This document shows, piece by piece, positions 10,554-22,899 of a DNA stretch of 59,544 bases. The number at the start of each line of letters is the position of its first letter. Positions within the stretch are counted from its first letter, which is position 1. The DNA is from Octopus bimaculoides (lineage: Eukaryota): positions 2,174,184 to 2,233,727 of the forward strand of contig NC_068983.1 of the NCBI RefSeq assembly GCF_001194135.2, read 5' to 3'. Below the pieces are notes generated by a model. The model was not told where the DNA came from, did not search any database, and was given only the letters and a program-made list of their open reading frames with translations. A program made the position numbers and the translations under genes.

Positions 10554-13500
10554 GTAACAATATGCGACACTTATTCAGTAGCTATGATAAAACTCCGAGT
10601 TTCCGATGCCCGGGCGGTGTTTCGGGCGGTATATATACACATAACTCTATACATACATATGTATGTGTGCGTGTTTGCATATATATGTGCATATGTGAGC
10701 GAGTTTATAGGCATGTGTGTGCTTTTTTCTGCCAGATGGCGTCCCAGTTTGCTAAACGTTTCTGTGGAACAGAACAGGAGTAACGAGCAACAAGATCTGC
10801 ACATCGCAACGCGAGTATAGAACTAGCTTATTAGTTTCCTTCACTATTATGTTGTTAGCAGTGATTCCTTAAACTCTTGCTGTGATATGAAGGAGTACAA
10901 GTGTCTTGCCATAAGCCTATACAAGTTTAATTCTAAGAAGGTGAGCAAATCTTCATACGGTTGGTTCATATGATTGTTTTATCGTTTGATCATCACCGAT
11001 ACATTCACTGATTGCATCAATTTAGAATAACACAGGAATCAAATTTAAATACTATTTTATGTTTCGATTTGGTTTGTAAAATGATTAAAATATATTGGGA
11101 TGTCAGCAACAATGATGAAGAATTAGATAGACACACACGCACACAAGCAACGGACACACAAACATTGAGCTAAGCAATTAACTTGCTAATTTTGACGAAT
11201 ACGTAGATAAACAAGTGAAGCGAGGTTTTAGCATTTTATAATGAATAATAAAATATGGTTTATAATTCAAATAGTTTTAGGAGCAAAACATTAAAGAATT
11301 ATTCCAAATATACGAATTAATAAGGAAATAAATATTGATACTTACAATGACAATAGATAGCTTTTGAAATAATCACAAAGCCAGAGAAAGAGAATTAAAG
11401 ATATTATGGGTATAACCCGAGAAGTTCTGTGGTTTATTATGAATTAAATTGCATCCTTGATTTTGATATTTAATTAGCAGCTTTCGCACAACACATAATC
11501 ATCTCAAGGGAGGTCAAATTTAGTTAATTTCCAGTTGTTTACCAATTATTTTCCCAATTTCAAACAGTAATTGTACACTGTTCTCACTTACAAAAGACAA
11601 AGATGAAATTGTTTAATTTACAAGCGTTTCTCTAAAGGCAACCAGAAATCAAAGCTTGGAGAAAGAGCTGAGAACATATCCTACACCTAGAATTCCCTTT
11701 ATTGATAACAGACCTGGCACTTTTCACACAATTTCTTTACATCTTTTAAATACTCTGATGGCAATACTGGCTGCCATTCACATGGTTTTGCTTTGCAGCA
11801 TTTATAGCTAGAAATATATTACGTAAAACACTCTATGCCTCAGTTTGATCGCAGGTGGCTAACACGAAGCAGATGCTTATCTAATAAATTATTTCAGTGG
11901 AGAATAAGTAAACTGATTGTAAGAAAAAGAAAGCGAAAGAAAATAAATATTATGTATCAGAAGTCGTTCATCATTTACACTAAAAAGAAAAACTTGAAGA
12001 AATTATATTTTGAATTGGCTGCATCTTATTTCAATTTTAATGTGAAAATTTGTTTTCTTCCCAACTAAACACATTTATTCTGCATGTAATTTTATGTTCT
12101 TCTTGACATTAATATTAATTTCCTTGGCCTCCATGTCACACAAGGTGGATGTTTATCACTATTTTACACAATATGAAGGCAATAATAAACAAGTTTCTCT
12201 CAGCCAGACGCAAGAATGGGAAAAGTTAATGTCACAGAAGGTGTTTTGAACACGCTACTGAAAGCGAATGAGTCACTCGTCAAATTTAAAAACAAAAAAC
12301 ATGTTTTAGTTTTGTTTTGTGGCGCCAGCTATGCTATGTATGACCAGGGTTGTCGAACGACTATTTGTGATACACAGGACAGTTGCTAGAGCTATATTAT
12401 ACCGCCATATACAGAAGAATCTATCAGAGAGACAAGTTCTACACAACCTGCAATGACAAATATTATAGGCAGCAGCGAGACATTCTGGTCATGCTTTATT
12501 CTTATCTTGGTTGGAGTGAAGCAGTGACAAGCTTTGGATCATGATTTATATATTCCAACATCTATGAATTGTAGAGATACTTTAGAAATACAGTAGTTCT
12601 GCAGCGTTGGACTTGGCGTAAATGTAGATAATATATTGCAGATCTGTCTCTGGTTAGCCACAATTTGCCTCCTGTTAAAGCTGACCTATAGCCAAAGTGA
12701 CCCCAGCTCTAATCTTGCCGTTATTTCTTTTAAGTAACTGGACTACATTATTCAAAGACAGTATGATGTGTGTGGGTGTGTGGGTGTGTGTTTCTTTTTT
12801 CTTAATAGCATACCGGTGAAAGAAGTGGCAGACTTTCGAGACCATCTATAATCTCCGAGTATGTAGAAATTTGTTATTCCCAGGTAACAGACTGGCACTG
12901 AATGTTACAGGTATTTATCTGGAAAATTGTGATGATAGACTGATCAACTAATTCTGTAACAAGGGACAGGATCAGTTAATACTTTGAACAATGCACAAGA
13001 CCAAAACTACAGATTTTCCCTCTCTCAATTTCTCCTAATAAGATATTTATCGGTTCCACCAATAACACATTTTTCCGGATTAAAGACCAGTGACATGAAA
13101 TTCAAAACCACGTGTTTGAGAGGCAAACTTTTAAAGCGCGCATTTGACAATTGCTAAATATTTACGACAGCCTCAGTAATACATAGACATGCTTCTCACA
13201 ACCGTTAACACCAGCATCATTGCTATAGCTATCAAACTGCTTATCAACTCTGTTCTTTCACCTGCCGATCCTATTTTATTCTTTAATTCATTTTAACCCT
13301 ATTTTCACGACAAAGTTTTTATTCGATCTTTTAAACGTAGTGCAAGAAATTGTGAAATTTCGTTCATCTTTCAATTTTTCTTCTGACCGTCATTCCATCG
13401 ACGCTAACGCTGAGTTTATCCTGCATTCAAATCATTCGTCTCCTTCACTAGAACGGCCAGCCAAGTCCACCTGAGTAACAATGTTATTGAACACTACTTG

Positions 13501-13636
13501 TTATTCTAATTATTCTCCATATTCTTGTAGTGTATACAAGATTTTACTTCTTGTAAATCACTAAAGCCTCACTCAATAAGCACCATTTATATGGAAGGAG
13601 ATATTTCTGTATCTACTGATGTCACCTTTCCAACAT

Positions 13637-13856
13637 TACGAAGAAGTGCTGAAAAGTTCTTAGTTTTAAGGGAATCACGAAAGGGCAGGTTCGATGCCCA
13701 AAACCCCGAGTTTTGTAACAGGGCTTAAACAAACTGAAGGGTCACCGCAATAAGTGTGTGAATCTGAGAGGGGAATATGTTGAATAAAATCACAATTAAC
13801 TGATCCTCCTGTATATTCTTTAACCCAAAGTTAGGAACTTTTCAGCAGACCTCGTA
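13637..13856 (+). mobile_element. Internally deleted mariner (MITE-like) with TA TSD
   Basis: Left TA-CGAAGAAGTGCTGAAAAGTTC; right GGAACTTTTCAGCAGACCTCG-TA. The interior encodes the transposase C-terminus GLNKLKGHRNKCVNLRGEYVE*. Confidence 0.85.
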
Positions 13857-14328
13857 CAGGATATATTTCACAGTGTTTTCGGAAGATTTAGGAAATGCGT
13901 AAAATTCTGGTAAATGGCAAAAATCCGACGAATAGCAGAACGATTAGAACTTCAGTCAAAGATCCTTGCCATGTTTGTTAGTTGTTTTCAACTTTCCGAG
14001 ATCAAAGGTCAGGTTTATGTTTGTCTCTCGGTTGCTGACAAAATAAATCAGGAACTGGTGATTGATTAAATCATTTATGAATAAGTAAGGTATTGCTTTG
14101 ATAGATTCCAAACATTCATAGCAAAACCAAAAAGTATAGAAAAGTATTGCGTCAATAAACTATTCAGTGTCATCGTCAAGAATAAATACAGACATTGCAT
14201 CAGTGCATTTCTAAATGGCGTAGCTAAAACAAAAAGTAAATGATAGCATTACTTCAATAGAAGCTTAACCACCGGAGCTAAAAAAAACATACACCGTTTG
14301 AAAATTAGAAAAGTATATTATATTGTAC

Positions 14329-14362
<34 letters not shown>

Positions 14363-14440
14363 CAGATAGATAGATAGATAGATAGATAGATAGGTAGATA
14401 GATAGATAGAGAGAGAGAGAAAGGGAGAGGGAGAGAGAGA
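14329..14440. repeat. (GATA)n/(GA)n microsatellite
   Basis: Directly visible. Confidence 0.95.
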
Positions 14441-14711
14441 TTTAATTAAAGGCAACATTATTATCAACATAATTTTACAATAAGAAGAGAAAAAATATAC
14501 TAAAAGTGTAAAAGATCATGTTATCGAGAAAACAGCCAAGACTACCTGACCAAAGAAATAAAGTAAAAGATAAGAGGGGGAGAATTAAGCAGCCGAAATG
14601 AGGGTGGTCTGAGTGACGGGTTTTACACCGCTTAACAAATGGTGTCTTCAGCCGCGTCTTGCAGACATACTTGCAATGATGTTGGCGCAAAGGATGACCA
14701 GCTACCCTCAC

Positions 14712-14790
14712 TTATTATATTATATTATATTATATTATATTATATTATATTATATTATATTATATTGTATTGTATTGTATCGTTATATTG
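14712..14790. repeat. (TTATA)n/(TTGTA)n pentanucleotide repeat
   Basis: Directly visible. Confidence 0.92.
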
Positions 14791-15562
14791 TATTCTATAG
14801 TATTGCAAAGTTTCTCTTTGCCGTTTATTCGTACATATGAAACATTGAATTCTAAATATCATACTACTGCTTCTTATGCCAATTATCTATTTCATTGTTT
14901 TGGTTTGCCTTTTTTTACTTAAATTCTATCTTCTTTATATTTTCTGTTGTTTCTTGTAGAACTTAAACTGTTGCAGTTAGTGTATCTCAAATTTCCTCGT
15001 GGAATTTGTACAACACGGAAATGCTTTTGTGTTACATATCATATGCTGTGATGTTTGTGTTGTTCTTGTATCATTGTAGTCTGCTGTTCTTGTTGTGGAC
15101 GGTTTCTGTGAAAGGCAGATGTTTGAGCTGTGTTGTGGCACGTGGTGACATTTTTCTGTTATCAAATTGGGAACCAAAACCGTTCCTATTATAAACTGCT
15201 ATAGTTTATAATAGTTTATAATTATAACTGCTATAGTTTATAATGCTATAGTTTATATAGACCAATTAATAATTGTTCAAAATGTATTTCCGAATCATGT
15301 ATTTTAATTATTTTAATATCACCATTGTTAAAGTTTGATAAGTCTTAGCTTCTTGGCAATATTCTAGCCACCTTTCAACGACATGTCAATTAGTAAGCAT
15401 AGACTAGGTTTTCAGTCGTTGTTTATAATAACCGGGGTGTTACTGCGATCTGTTGATCAATGTATTCCACATGTATTGTTTTGTCTATCTTAAACATGTC
15501 ATTATCAGATTTTTAGCACGACGCATACACATGCATTCCTTTATATATTTATATATATTTAT

Positions 15563-15760
15563 ATGTGTGTGGGTGTGTGTGTGTGTGTGTGTGTGTGCGT
15601 GCGTGTGTGTGTGTGTGTGTTTGTGTGTGTGTGTATGTGTGTGTGCGTGTGTGTGTGTGTGTATACATAGAGAGAGAGACAGATGGACAGTCAGACAGAC
15701 AGACAGACAGACAGGCAGATAGATAGATAGATAGATAGATAGACAGATAGATAGATAGAT
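15563..15760. repeat. Compound (TG)n-(AGAC)n-(GATA)n microsatellite
   Basis: Directly visible. Confidence 0.95.
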
Positions 15761-16958
15761 AAGTTACATAAATGACAGTAAATGGTTGGGCCTATGGATA
15801 AAGCTATCTCTCCTGTTACACCTACGATATTTTCCTATTTTCGTTTCAAGGAATAGAAAACAGGAAAGATGTGGAGATGGTTTCTTCAAAGAAGGCAACA
15901 CATTTTATTGGGAACTCACAGAAGTTTGTGACTTAGCTTAAAGGAAAGGGGAGCAGCCAGGGTTTTGAAAGGTATCTCAGACCTATCAGAGCGATTGGAT
16001 CGATACCGTAAAATAGTGAACTTAGGTAAGACATTTGTTGTGCAGGAACTCTAAAAGGATCAAGTCATGGGGATGAGAATTGTAAGTAGGGGTAAGTTCG
16101 GTGTTTGAGATACACCTGTCAATTAGTGAATCAAGGTAGATTGGTATGAAACAGCACTAAGGGAGTCAGGTCCGAGAATCAGAGGTCATTGTGTTAAAAG
16201 TAGAAAAGAAGGACAGAGAGGGAGACAGTGAGAGAGCGAGAGAGGAGAGCAAGAGAGAGACAGAGAGAAGAAACATAACATATGCGAAGCCGAGATTGAA
16301 GGATATGGATGAGCAATGATCAACAATGGTAGAAGCATGGTGTTGCTTCTCGGCGTTTGTAGAATACATTTTTGCGTAGACAAAAACCTCCGAGAGGGCA
16401 GATTCGAGACGCCCGCAAATTGCAGGTTTACCCAACTACCCTGCGGTCGGTATATATCGCCTGAAATGTCAGGCTCTTATTGTCCGTTAGCAGCAAAGAA
16501 GAACAGGTGATATAATGAGTATCCGTGTTGGATTGGACCGGTGTATTACCGTAAGTATATGTGATCATATGGGTAGTATTGTGGGTGGAAGCATTAATAT
16601 TGATATTATTGAGTCGGGGTGGGGTGCTAAAAGGATTGTATTATTGCCACTCTGTGGTTTGGGTGGGGTTCAGTGAGATAGATTATAGGGTCCAAGGATA
16701 GGCATTGAAGACTGCGTCTGTTGGAGGAGGCAATTATAAATCCTAAATTAAGTAAAGTAGGTGATGGTAATAGAAGATGTGTGGCAATAACATGGTAGCT
16801 ATTGTGGCTATGAGCTGTTTTGACTCTTAATTCTGGCAATAGTGGTGCTGAATGGATAGTGCCCTCAGTCGCTATAGTAACTTTCTGACGTATATAGTTT
16901 AGTTCTGCCTTTCCCTCGAAAAATTGCTACGAAGCCACCCTTATTATAAATATATATA

Positions 16959-17228
16959 NNNNNNNNNNNNNNNNNNNNNNNNNNNNNNNNNNNNNNNNNN
17001 NNNNNNNNNNNNNNNNNNNNNNNNNNNNNNNNNNNNNNNNNNNNNNNNNNNNNNNNNNNNNNNNNNNNNNNNNNNNNNNNNNNNNNNNNNNNNNNNNNNN
17101 NNNNNNNNNNNNNNNNNNNNNNNNNNNNNNNNNNNNNNNNNNNNNNNNNNNNNNNNNNNNNNNNNNNNNNNNNNNNNNNNNNNNNNNNNNNNNNNNNNNN
17201 NNNNNNNNNNNNNNNNNNNNNNNNNNNN
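16959..17228. other. Assembly gap (N)
   Basis: N run flanked by TA/CA repeats. Confidence 1.
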
Positions 17229-17253
17229 GTATACACACACACACACACACACG

Positions 17254-17299
<46 letters not shown>

Positions 17300-19434
17300 A
17301 GAATATTAAATATACGACATATAAGTATGATTTATATATTACTATATATATTAAAAAATTATATTTATTATCAGTTTCAAACTGATCAAGAAGAATGTCT
17401 ACCGGCTGGTTGATTCCACAAAAGATCCGTGGATCGGAATAAGTGATATTGTTTCAGTGAACAAAAGATGTTATATATTTCCGTTATTAACATTCTGAGA
17501 ATGTATTTTTGTTAGAAATATTTTGTGATGGGAGTATTGTAAACAAAGGACCATCACCTGGAGCAATGAGCGTGGACGCAATAAAAAGAAAAAAGAGAGA
17601 GCAGAAAAGAAAAAAATAGAAAGACAGAAAGAATCAGATGGAAGCAGAAAGTAAAATAAATGAGAACAAAGAAATTTAAAAAGAGAAGCCATAAAATAAA
17701 TAAAGAGTAAAAATCAAGAAACAAGAAATAATTCGAAATTGTTCACAATGAAATGTTCCACAAAAGATTCGCTGTATGACAGCAGCTGAATTTAACGTGA
17801 TTGTTTTCGGTACCTAAGAATACATTTTTTCTTGTACATATAAGGATTGAATATTTCCGATTCATCGTTGAAATATAACACTAACACGCTAGAATTCTAA
17901 CCGATAAATATCTTCTTAGGTGGGTAGAGACTGCATTTTTTGGTAACATTTTTCGATAGACGCCCAGTTAATTTCCTAAGTCACACCGTTTTTTTCTCGC
18001 TTTCAAGGAAGTGATCGTCAAGGTAAAGAGAGTAATGTAGATTTTAGAATTCTCTTCTATATTACAAAAAGTGTTTGTGCTGCTTTTTCTATAACAGCTA
18101 ATATGTATATTTGATACGAGACGTTCATATATCGATCTCGACAAGTGTAGAAATCTAAAATGTATGAAACCTTACTGTAGGAGACCAATAACTTGTCTAC
18201 CTGACATGAGAAACTTACAAAGTAAACTGTTCGCATTTATACATATACATATCTGTGTGTGTGTGTGTGTGTGCGTGTGTGCATGCAATGTGTGAACACG
18301 GGCAGAGAAGACATTGAAAGAGAAAAAGAGTGGAAGAAACAGAAAAGGAGAGGAGGATTGAGAGAGATTTTGATGATGTTTTTGAATTTAGCAATTAAGA
18401 ATAGTAACGCAATAACTGAAATTACAACAACAACAAAAAAATGACAGTTAAATTTTGTTCATTATTCATTATTTACGATTATTGTGAGTTCGAATTTCTA
18501 CCATAATAGATTGATCAGATAAACAGTAAAGTAACGATTTCGTCTAGTATTGATTTATAAATATATGTGTGCTTGTATACAAGAGGGAGACAAAGGAAAT
18601 GCAGAAATAGATAGGTACACATATAAGAGGTGTGTGTATGTGTGTGAGTATGTATCTTTGTATGTTATGGGGAGTGAGAGTGAGCGGGGAGAATAAGTCT
18701 GTCATGCGATTAATGTTTTCGACCAACCCCTTTTTATTAATAATTCAATTTTTCTAAATAAAAGTCTCAACCAACGTTCCAAACATCAGTGTGTCCAGAA
18801 ATAGAAATATAATTACTTGAATAAGAATAAAAAAGATGGTTTATTTGTAGGTGGGATGGTTCTTACTGTTGATCAATCTCTTCTGTTATGATTATGAGGA
18901 AAGGAATAAAACCATTTTGGCTCGAGTCTGAATTGTAATTGGAAGAACACCTAATCCATTGAGTCAGTCATGTTTACTTAGAAACTCAAATAATAGAAAC
19001 GTTCGTCCTATTTCTGGGACTCTTCTATGGTTTTTATAAATGAATCTTCGTGTTATATATTATATTTCACATTATCGTGTAATATATGAGATCTTTTTAT
19101 CACTGTAAGTTTTACGTGTTCATATTAAGAAATAAATGTCACACTAGGCACTGTGTCTCAGTTTCACCATCACCGGACATTAAAGAACATAGAGGTTGAT
19201 GGCAGAATCGACAGAAACACAAAAGTTCTTTCTATTTTACGTAAATCCAGCTGAGATGAACTTTGGTTTAAATTTTCGTTTTGAAATTGATTTCGCTCCT
19301 CACCCCTCAATGTCATTCAGCACTTCTCTTTTCTTAGAAATCCAGGATTATGATTTTTTAGATCACTTCAAAATACATACATGAACATACTTTCTAACTG
19401 CAGAAAAAAAAATCTTGTGTTTTATCATTTGATT

Positions 19435-19565
19435 TATGTATGTATGTATGTATGTATGTATGTATGTATGTATGTATGTATGTATGTGTATGGATGTGTG
19501 TATGTGTGTATGTGTGTATGTATGCATGTATGTATGTATGCATGTATGTATGTATGTATGTACGT
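19435..19565. repeat. (TATG)n microsatellite
   Basis: Directly visible. Confidence 0.95.
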
Positions 19566-20228
19566 ATTGCATGAACATATTAATCATAAGTTTTCTGACC
19601 GAGGAATAACTGAGACGGAAAGCCGTCCAAGCCATCCTGAAATCCAGCTGATACCAGTTGGCAATGACGTCTAACCGACAGCTCTATAATGATTCTCATT
19701 CAATTTACTTATCTTGAAATATTACTTGGCTCTTCAAGGAAGTTATTTATTATCTACGCAGTGCATCATAGTTCCTTCCAAGCAGAATACCTCGACGATG
19801 TCACCATTTGTTGATGTGCCGAATTCATTAATGCAGCTATTTTCAACGGAAGTGGCTTGTATCAATGGAAACTGCTCGTGCGACTCGCTAGTCAAGGTTT
19901 ATGCTCAGCGACAAGCTTGATTTTTCACTTCCTGTCTTTTCCTTGATCATTTACCACCGGGCTCTCAAACAAGAGCTTCTTCGAAATATATAGTAGCCTG
20001 GTATGAACCACGATTTCTTGACGGTGCAGATGGTATAATATTTTCCATTCGAGAGCTGAGGGGAAGCTGCTTATCTAAGAGCCACCTCACTGGTCCTCAC
20101 CCTTTTACTTCATCCATAAATCTTGCTGTATCGTCTGCTCTGTTGCTGTACCAACGATGACTATGAACGAGTCAGTGACAGAGTTACCCTTTCACACTGA
20201 CCATTGTTGGTGTCTCCGTTGCTCTAGG

Positions 20229-20799
20229 TAGGAGGGTGAGTCAAAAAGTAATGCCATTTTGTTTAGGATAGGAATGATTACCAACACAGGGACATGTATC
20301 TTACATCAAAATAAAGCTGGTCCTCTGGGGATCACATCCTTGCTTGTTAACATAGTCACCCTTTATCTCAATAGCAATGATCCACTTTCGAATGAGAGCA
20401 TGTATCCCTGCCCTGTAAAATTCTGTTGACTGTTCTTTGAGCCACTTCTTCACTACAGTTTTCACTTCCTCGTCACTTGACTATCGTCGTCACTGGACGA
20501 TCATCTCTTTGGCCCCCATGAAAGAGGGTTCGAGAGTCAAACATTATTCCAGTGACGAGGAAGTGAAAACTGTAGTGAAGAAGTGACTCAAAGAACAGTC
20601 AACAGAATTTTACCTGGCAGGGATACATGCTCTCATTCGAAGGTGGAACATTGCTATTAAGAGAAACGGTGACTATGTTGAGAAGTAGGGATGTGATGCA
20701 CAGAGGACCAGCTTCATTTCGATGTATGATACATGTTCCTATGTTGGTAATTATACCTGTCCTAAACAAAATGACATTACTCTTTGACTCACCCTCGTA
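20229..20799. mobile_element. Fold-back mariner derivative: two inverted copies of the mariner 3' end (249-bp arms, 73-bp spacer), TA-flanked
   Basis: Arms 20229-20477 and 20551-20799 align without indels (25 mismatches by manual count, about 90% identity). Spacer plus right arm encode HLFGPMKEG..HYSSDEEVKTVVKK*LKEQSTEFYLAGIHALIRRWNIAIKRNGDYVEK*, the mariner transposase C-terminus. Confidence 0.92.
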
Positions 20800-21419
20800 T
20801 TAAGACTGACGCTCTCTTATGTCAAACTGGGATGATTTTGATGTGCTTAAGGAATGAAACTTGTGACTGAGATTGGCTGATGCAGCAGATATTTTGTGCT
20901 GTTCTTCGTTGCAGCACTTTTGCTATTCTATTTGCGGGGTGCGAGTGAGACGAATTAATTAACAAAAATGCAAAATTTATTTGTTTCAATAAAAATGTTA
21001 TGAACAGTTATCTATTTTTGAAACGTTCTGCTGATATTTTTAGTTTGTGAAAAGGATTTTAATCATTACTATAGCAACAATATAAATATTTCCATTGACT
21101 GAATTCATTTTTTTTTTTTTTTACAGTTCAGATATTAAATATTTTTCTGTTTACACACCATGGATGCTATTATATTCAAATCTATATAAATTCATTAAGC
21201 TATTTCTTATTTGTTCTTCGCTGTGTGTGTTTTTTTCCTCCTCACAACTGTCTGTCATTTCAAACACTGTTTGTTATTGGTTGGCTGCCTTGGAGAGCAG
21301 ACAATAGTTTTTTTTTCTTTGTGTTTACTACCTATTATTTGTTTATTTTCTATTTTTGTTCATCAGATATTTTCGTGGTCCTACAGTTGATATTTTGTAA
21401 TATTATTGTTCTTTAATGA

Positions 21420-22560
21420 GTTCTGCTCATCCTTGTAGCTGTGTTAAATATAATCCTGTATGTCACCTTTCATATCAGTGATTCCAAATAAACTCATTAG
21501 TTTTCTAGTTTTCGGTTTATTTAATCTAATTTTCCTAATTCATTTAACATCCAGTTGAGAATATTGTTGTAACAAATTGTTGGGACAACTGAATTATCAT
21601 ATTTATTACTATGTTTTGCTGCATTTAAATTTGCTTTCAATGTTGATTCAATATATCTTGAATATTTTTAACTAACCATTTTATGCCTATACTGGAGTTT
21701 TCCTTAGTTCATTAACTCCTGGTTATTTATAACTATGTACATTTTAATACTCGTACCCAAGTTCCGTTATCTAAAATCAAACTAAAGGGGATTAGTAATT
21801 TTCTTCTACTCAAAGATATCTCTTGGTTGATTTATGTAATCTGAATTTTATCCTGTTTTAATTTATCATCAGACGTGTATTACTTGCTGTATATGTGCCT
21901 GTATACATCGGTAACTTGAGTAAGCTTTTACTTTCAATCTGTCATATACTAAAACACAAGATTGTCTTCCTGTTAACCATAATTGCGCATCTTATTTTGA
22001 CATATTCTTATTTAGTGCTATCATTATGCTTTCACGGAGACTTGTAAGCTATTTCAAACAGGAACATTGTTTGGTCCTGTTGCTTTTCACTTTCTATGTT
22101 CTTCAATTGCTTTCGAATATTTGATTTCGTTATGGTGACATTTGTCTATGCCTAGACACTTTCACTGTAATTTTCCACTTGCCTTATTCACTGTAATTTT
22201 CCACTTGCCTTATTCACTGTATTTATCATTTTTCTCCTCCCTTACTCCTGTTTCTTTCCAAATTAGTTGCCATATTCAATTTTCAATCTTAACATTTCTC
22301 TAGTTTCCCTTAAGTATATAAAACAGATGTTTTAGCTTTTATGGAAAATGAGGATCTATTTTGGTTCGTCTTTTGTTCATAGTTAATCAGTTGGGCAGTT
22401 TTTTCCCCTTTACTCTCATCTTCAGTTACTCCAGTTTTCTTCATTCTTTTCCTTTTCCCGGGAGATTCTTTTAAATTACCATTTCTTTCTTTATCCTTTC
22501 ATTTACCCTGCTTCAGATTACTCGTATTCTCCCATGATTATCCATCTTTTCCTACAAAAT
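21420..22560 (-). mobile_element. Degenerate R4/Dong-type non-LTR retrotransposon RT-region fragment, internally deleted
   Basis: Minus-strand remnants KATGPNNVP..LTSLRESIMIALNRIC (RT start) and LKANLNAAK..NSVVPTICY..ILNWMLNELGKLD..RKLMSLFGITDMKGDI..LYL (cf. NxxxAINxxAVPVxxY..ILxW..ELxxLDRKTRK..DVDRLYL). Confidence 0.6.
22161..22221. repeat. 26-bp tandem duplication (about 2.3 copies)
   Basis: TTCACTGTAATTTTCCACTTGCCTTA at 22161 and 22187, partial copy at 22213. Confidence 0.95.
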
Positions 22561-22596
22561 ATATTTTGATCCTTCTGTTGGTCCTTTCGTTTTCCT

Positions 22597-22712
22597 TAAA
22601 ATTCCCTTTCATCCTTTTGGGGTCGATAAAATAATTACCAGTTGAACACTGATGTCGGTGGTGATCGATTTACCCCACCCCAAAAATGTATGACCTTGTG
22701 TCAAAGCTTGAT
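22597..22712 (+). mobile_element. SINE family A, 3' half
   Basis: CCTTTCATCCTTTTGGGGTCGATAAAATAATTACCAGTT...GACCTTGTGTCAAA. Confidence 0.75.
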
Positions 22713-22735
22713 GGTTTCACAAATTATAGTTATCA

Positions 22736-22834
22736 AACTATTTTTTAACTTTCCATATTCTTTACTTAACTATTTTTTAACTTTCCATACTCTTTACTTA
22801 ACTATTTTTTAACTTTCCATATTCTTTACTTAAC
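22736..22834. repeat. 32-bp minisatellite, 3 copies
   Basis: AACTATTTTTTAACTTTCCATATTCTTTACTT at 22736, 22768 and 22800, directly abutting with no spacers. Confidence 0.95.
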
Positions 22835-22899
22835 ATGGTTTCTAATTCCTTTAGATCTTACTTCAGAATTCCAAGAATCTCTACATGATGACCATCAAA

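Noticed and set aside
13180-14120. Possible CR1-like RT scraps either side of the mariner MITE (YLFINDL on minus; DLLNVVQ on plus)
   Set aside because: They are too degenerate and in opposite orientations to support by eye.
14599-14710. Terminal inverted TGAGGGT/ACCCTCA as a mini-transposon or structured RNA
   Set aside because: Only 7 bp pair perfectly and there is no TSD; more likely part of a decayed LINE UTR.
15190-15260. CTATAGTTTATA repeats with a TATAAACT/AGTTTATA hairpin
   Set aside because: AT-rich local slippage duplication with no sign of function.
15900-16900. Minus-strand LINE AP-endonuclease remnants (SNRRSLQ..IIYLTE; LLEFLHNKCLT)
   Set aside because: Motif matches are too partial to call.
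19720-19830. LQGS...EYLDDVTI as an RT core
   Set aside because: QG-to-YxDD spacing is too short, it needs a frameshift, and no flanking RT motifs were found.
22736-22834. 32-bp repeats as a CRISPR array
   Set aside because: The copies abut with no spacers, there are no cas genes, and the context is eukaryotic; it is a simple minisatellite.
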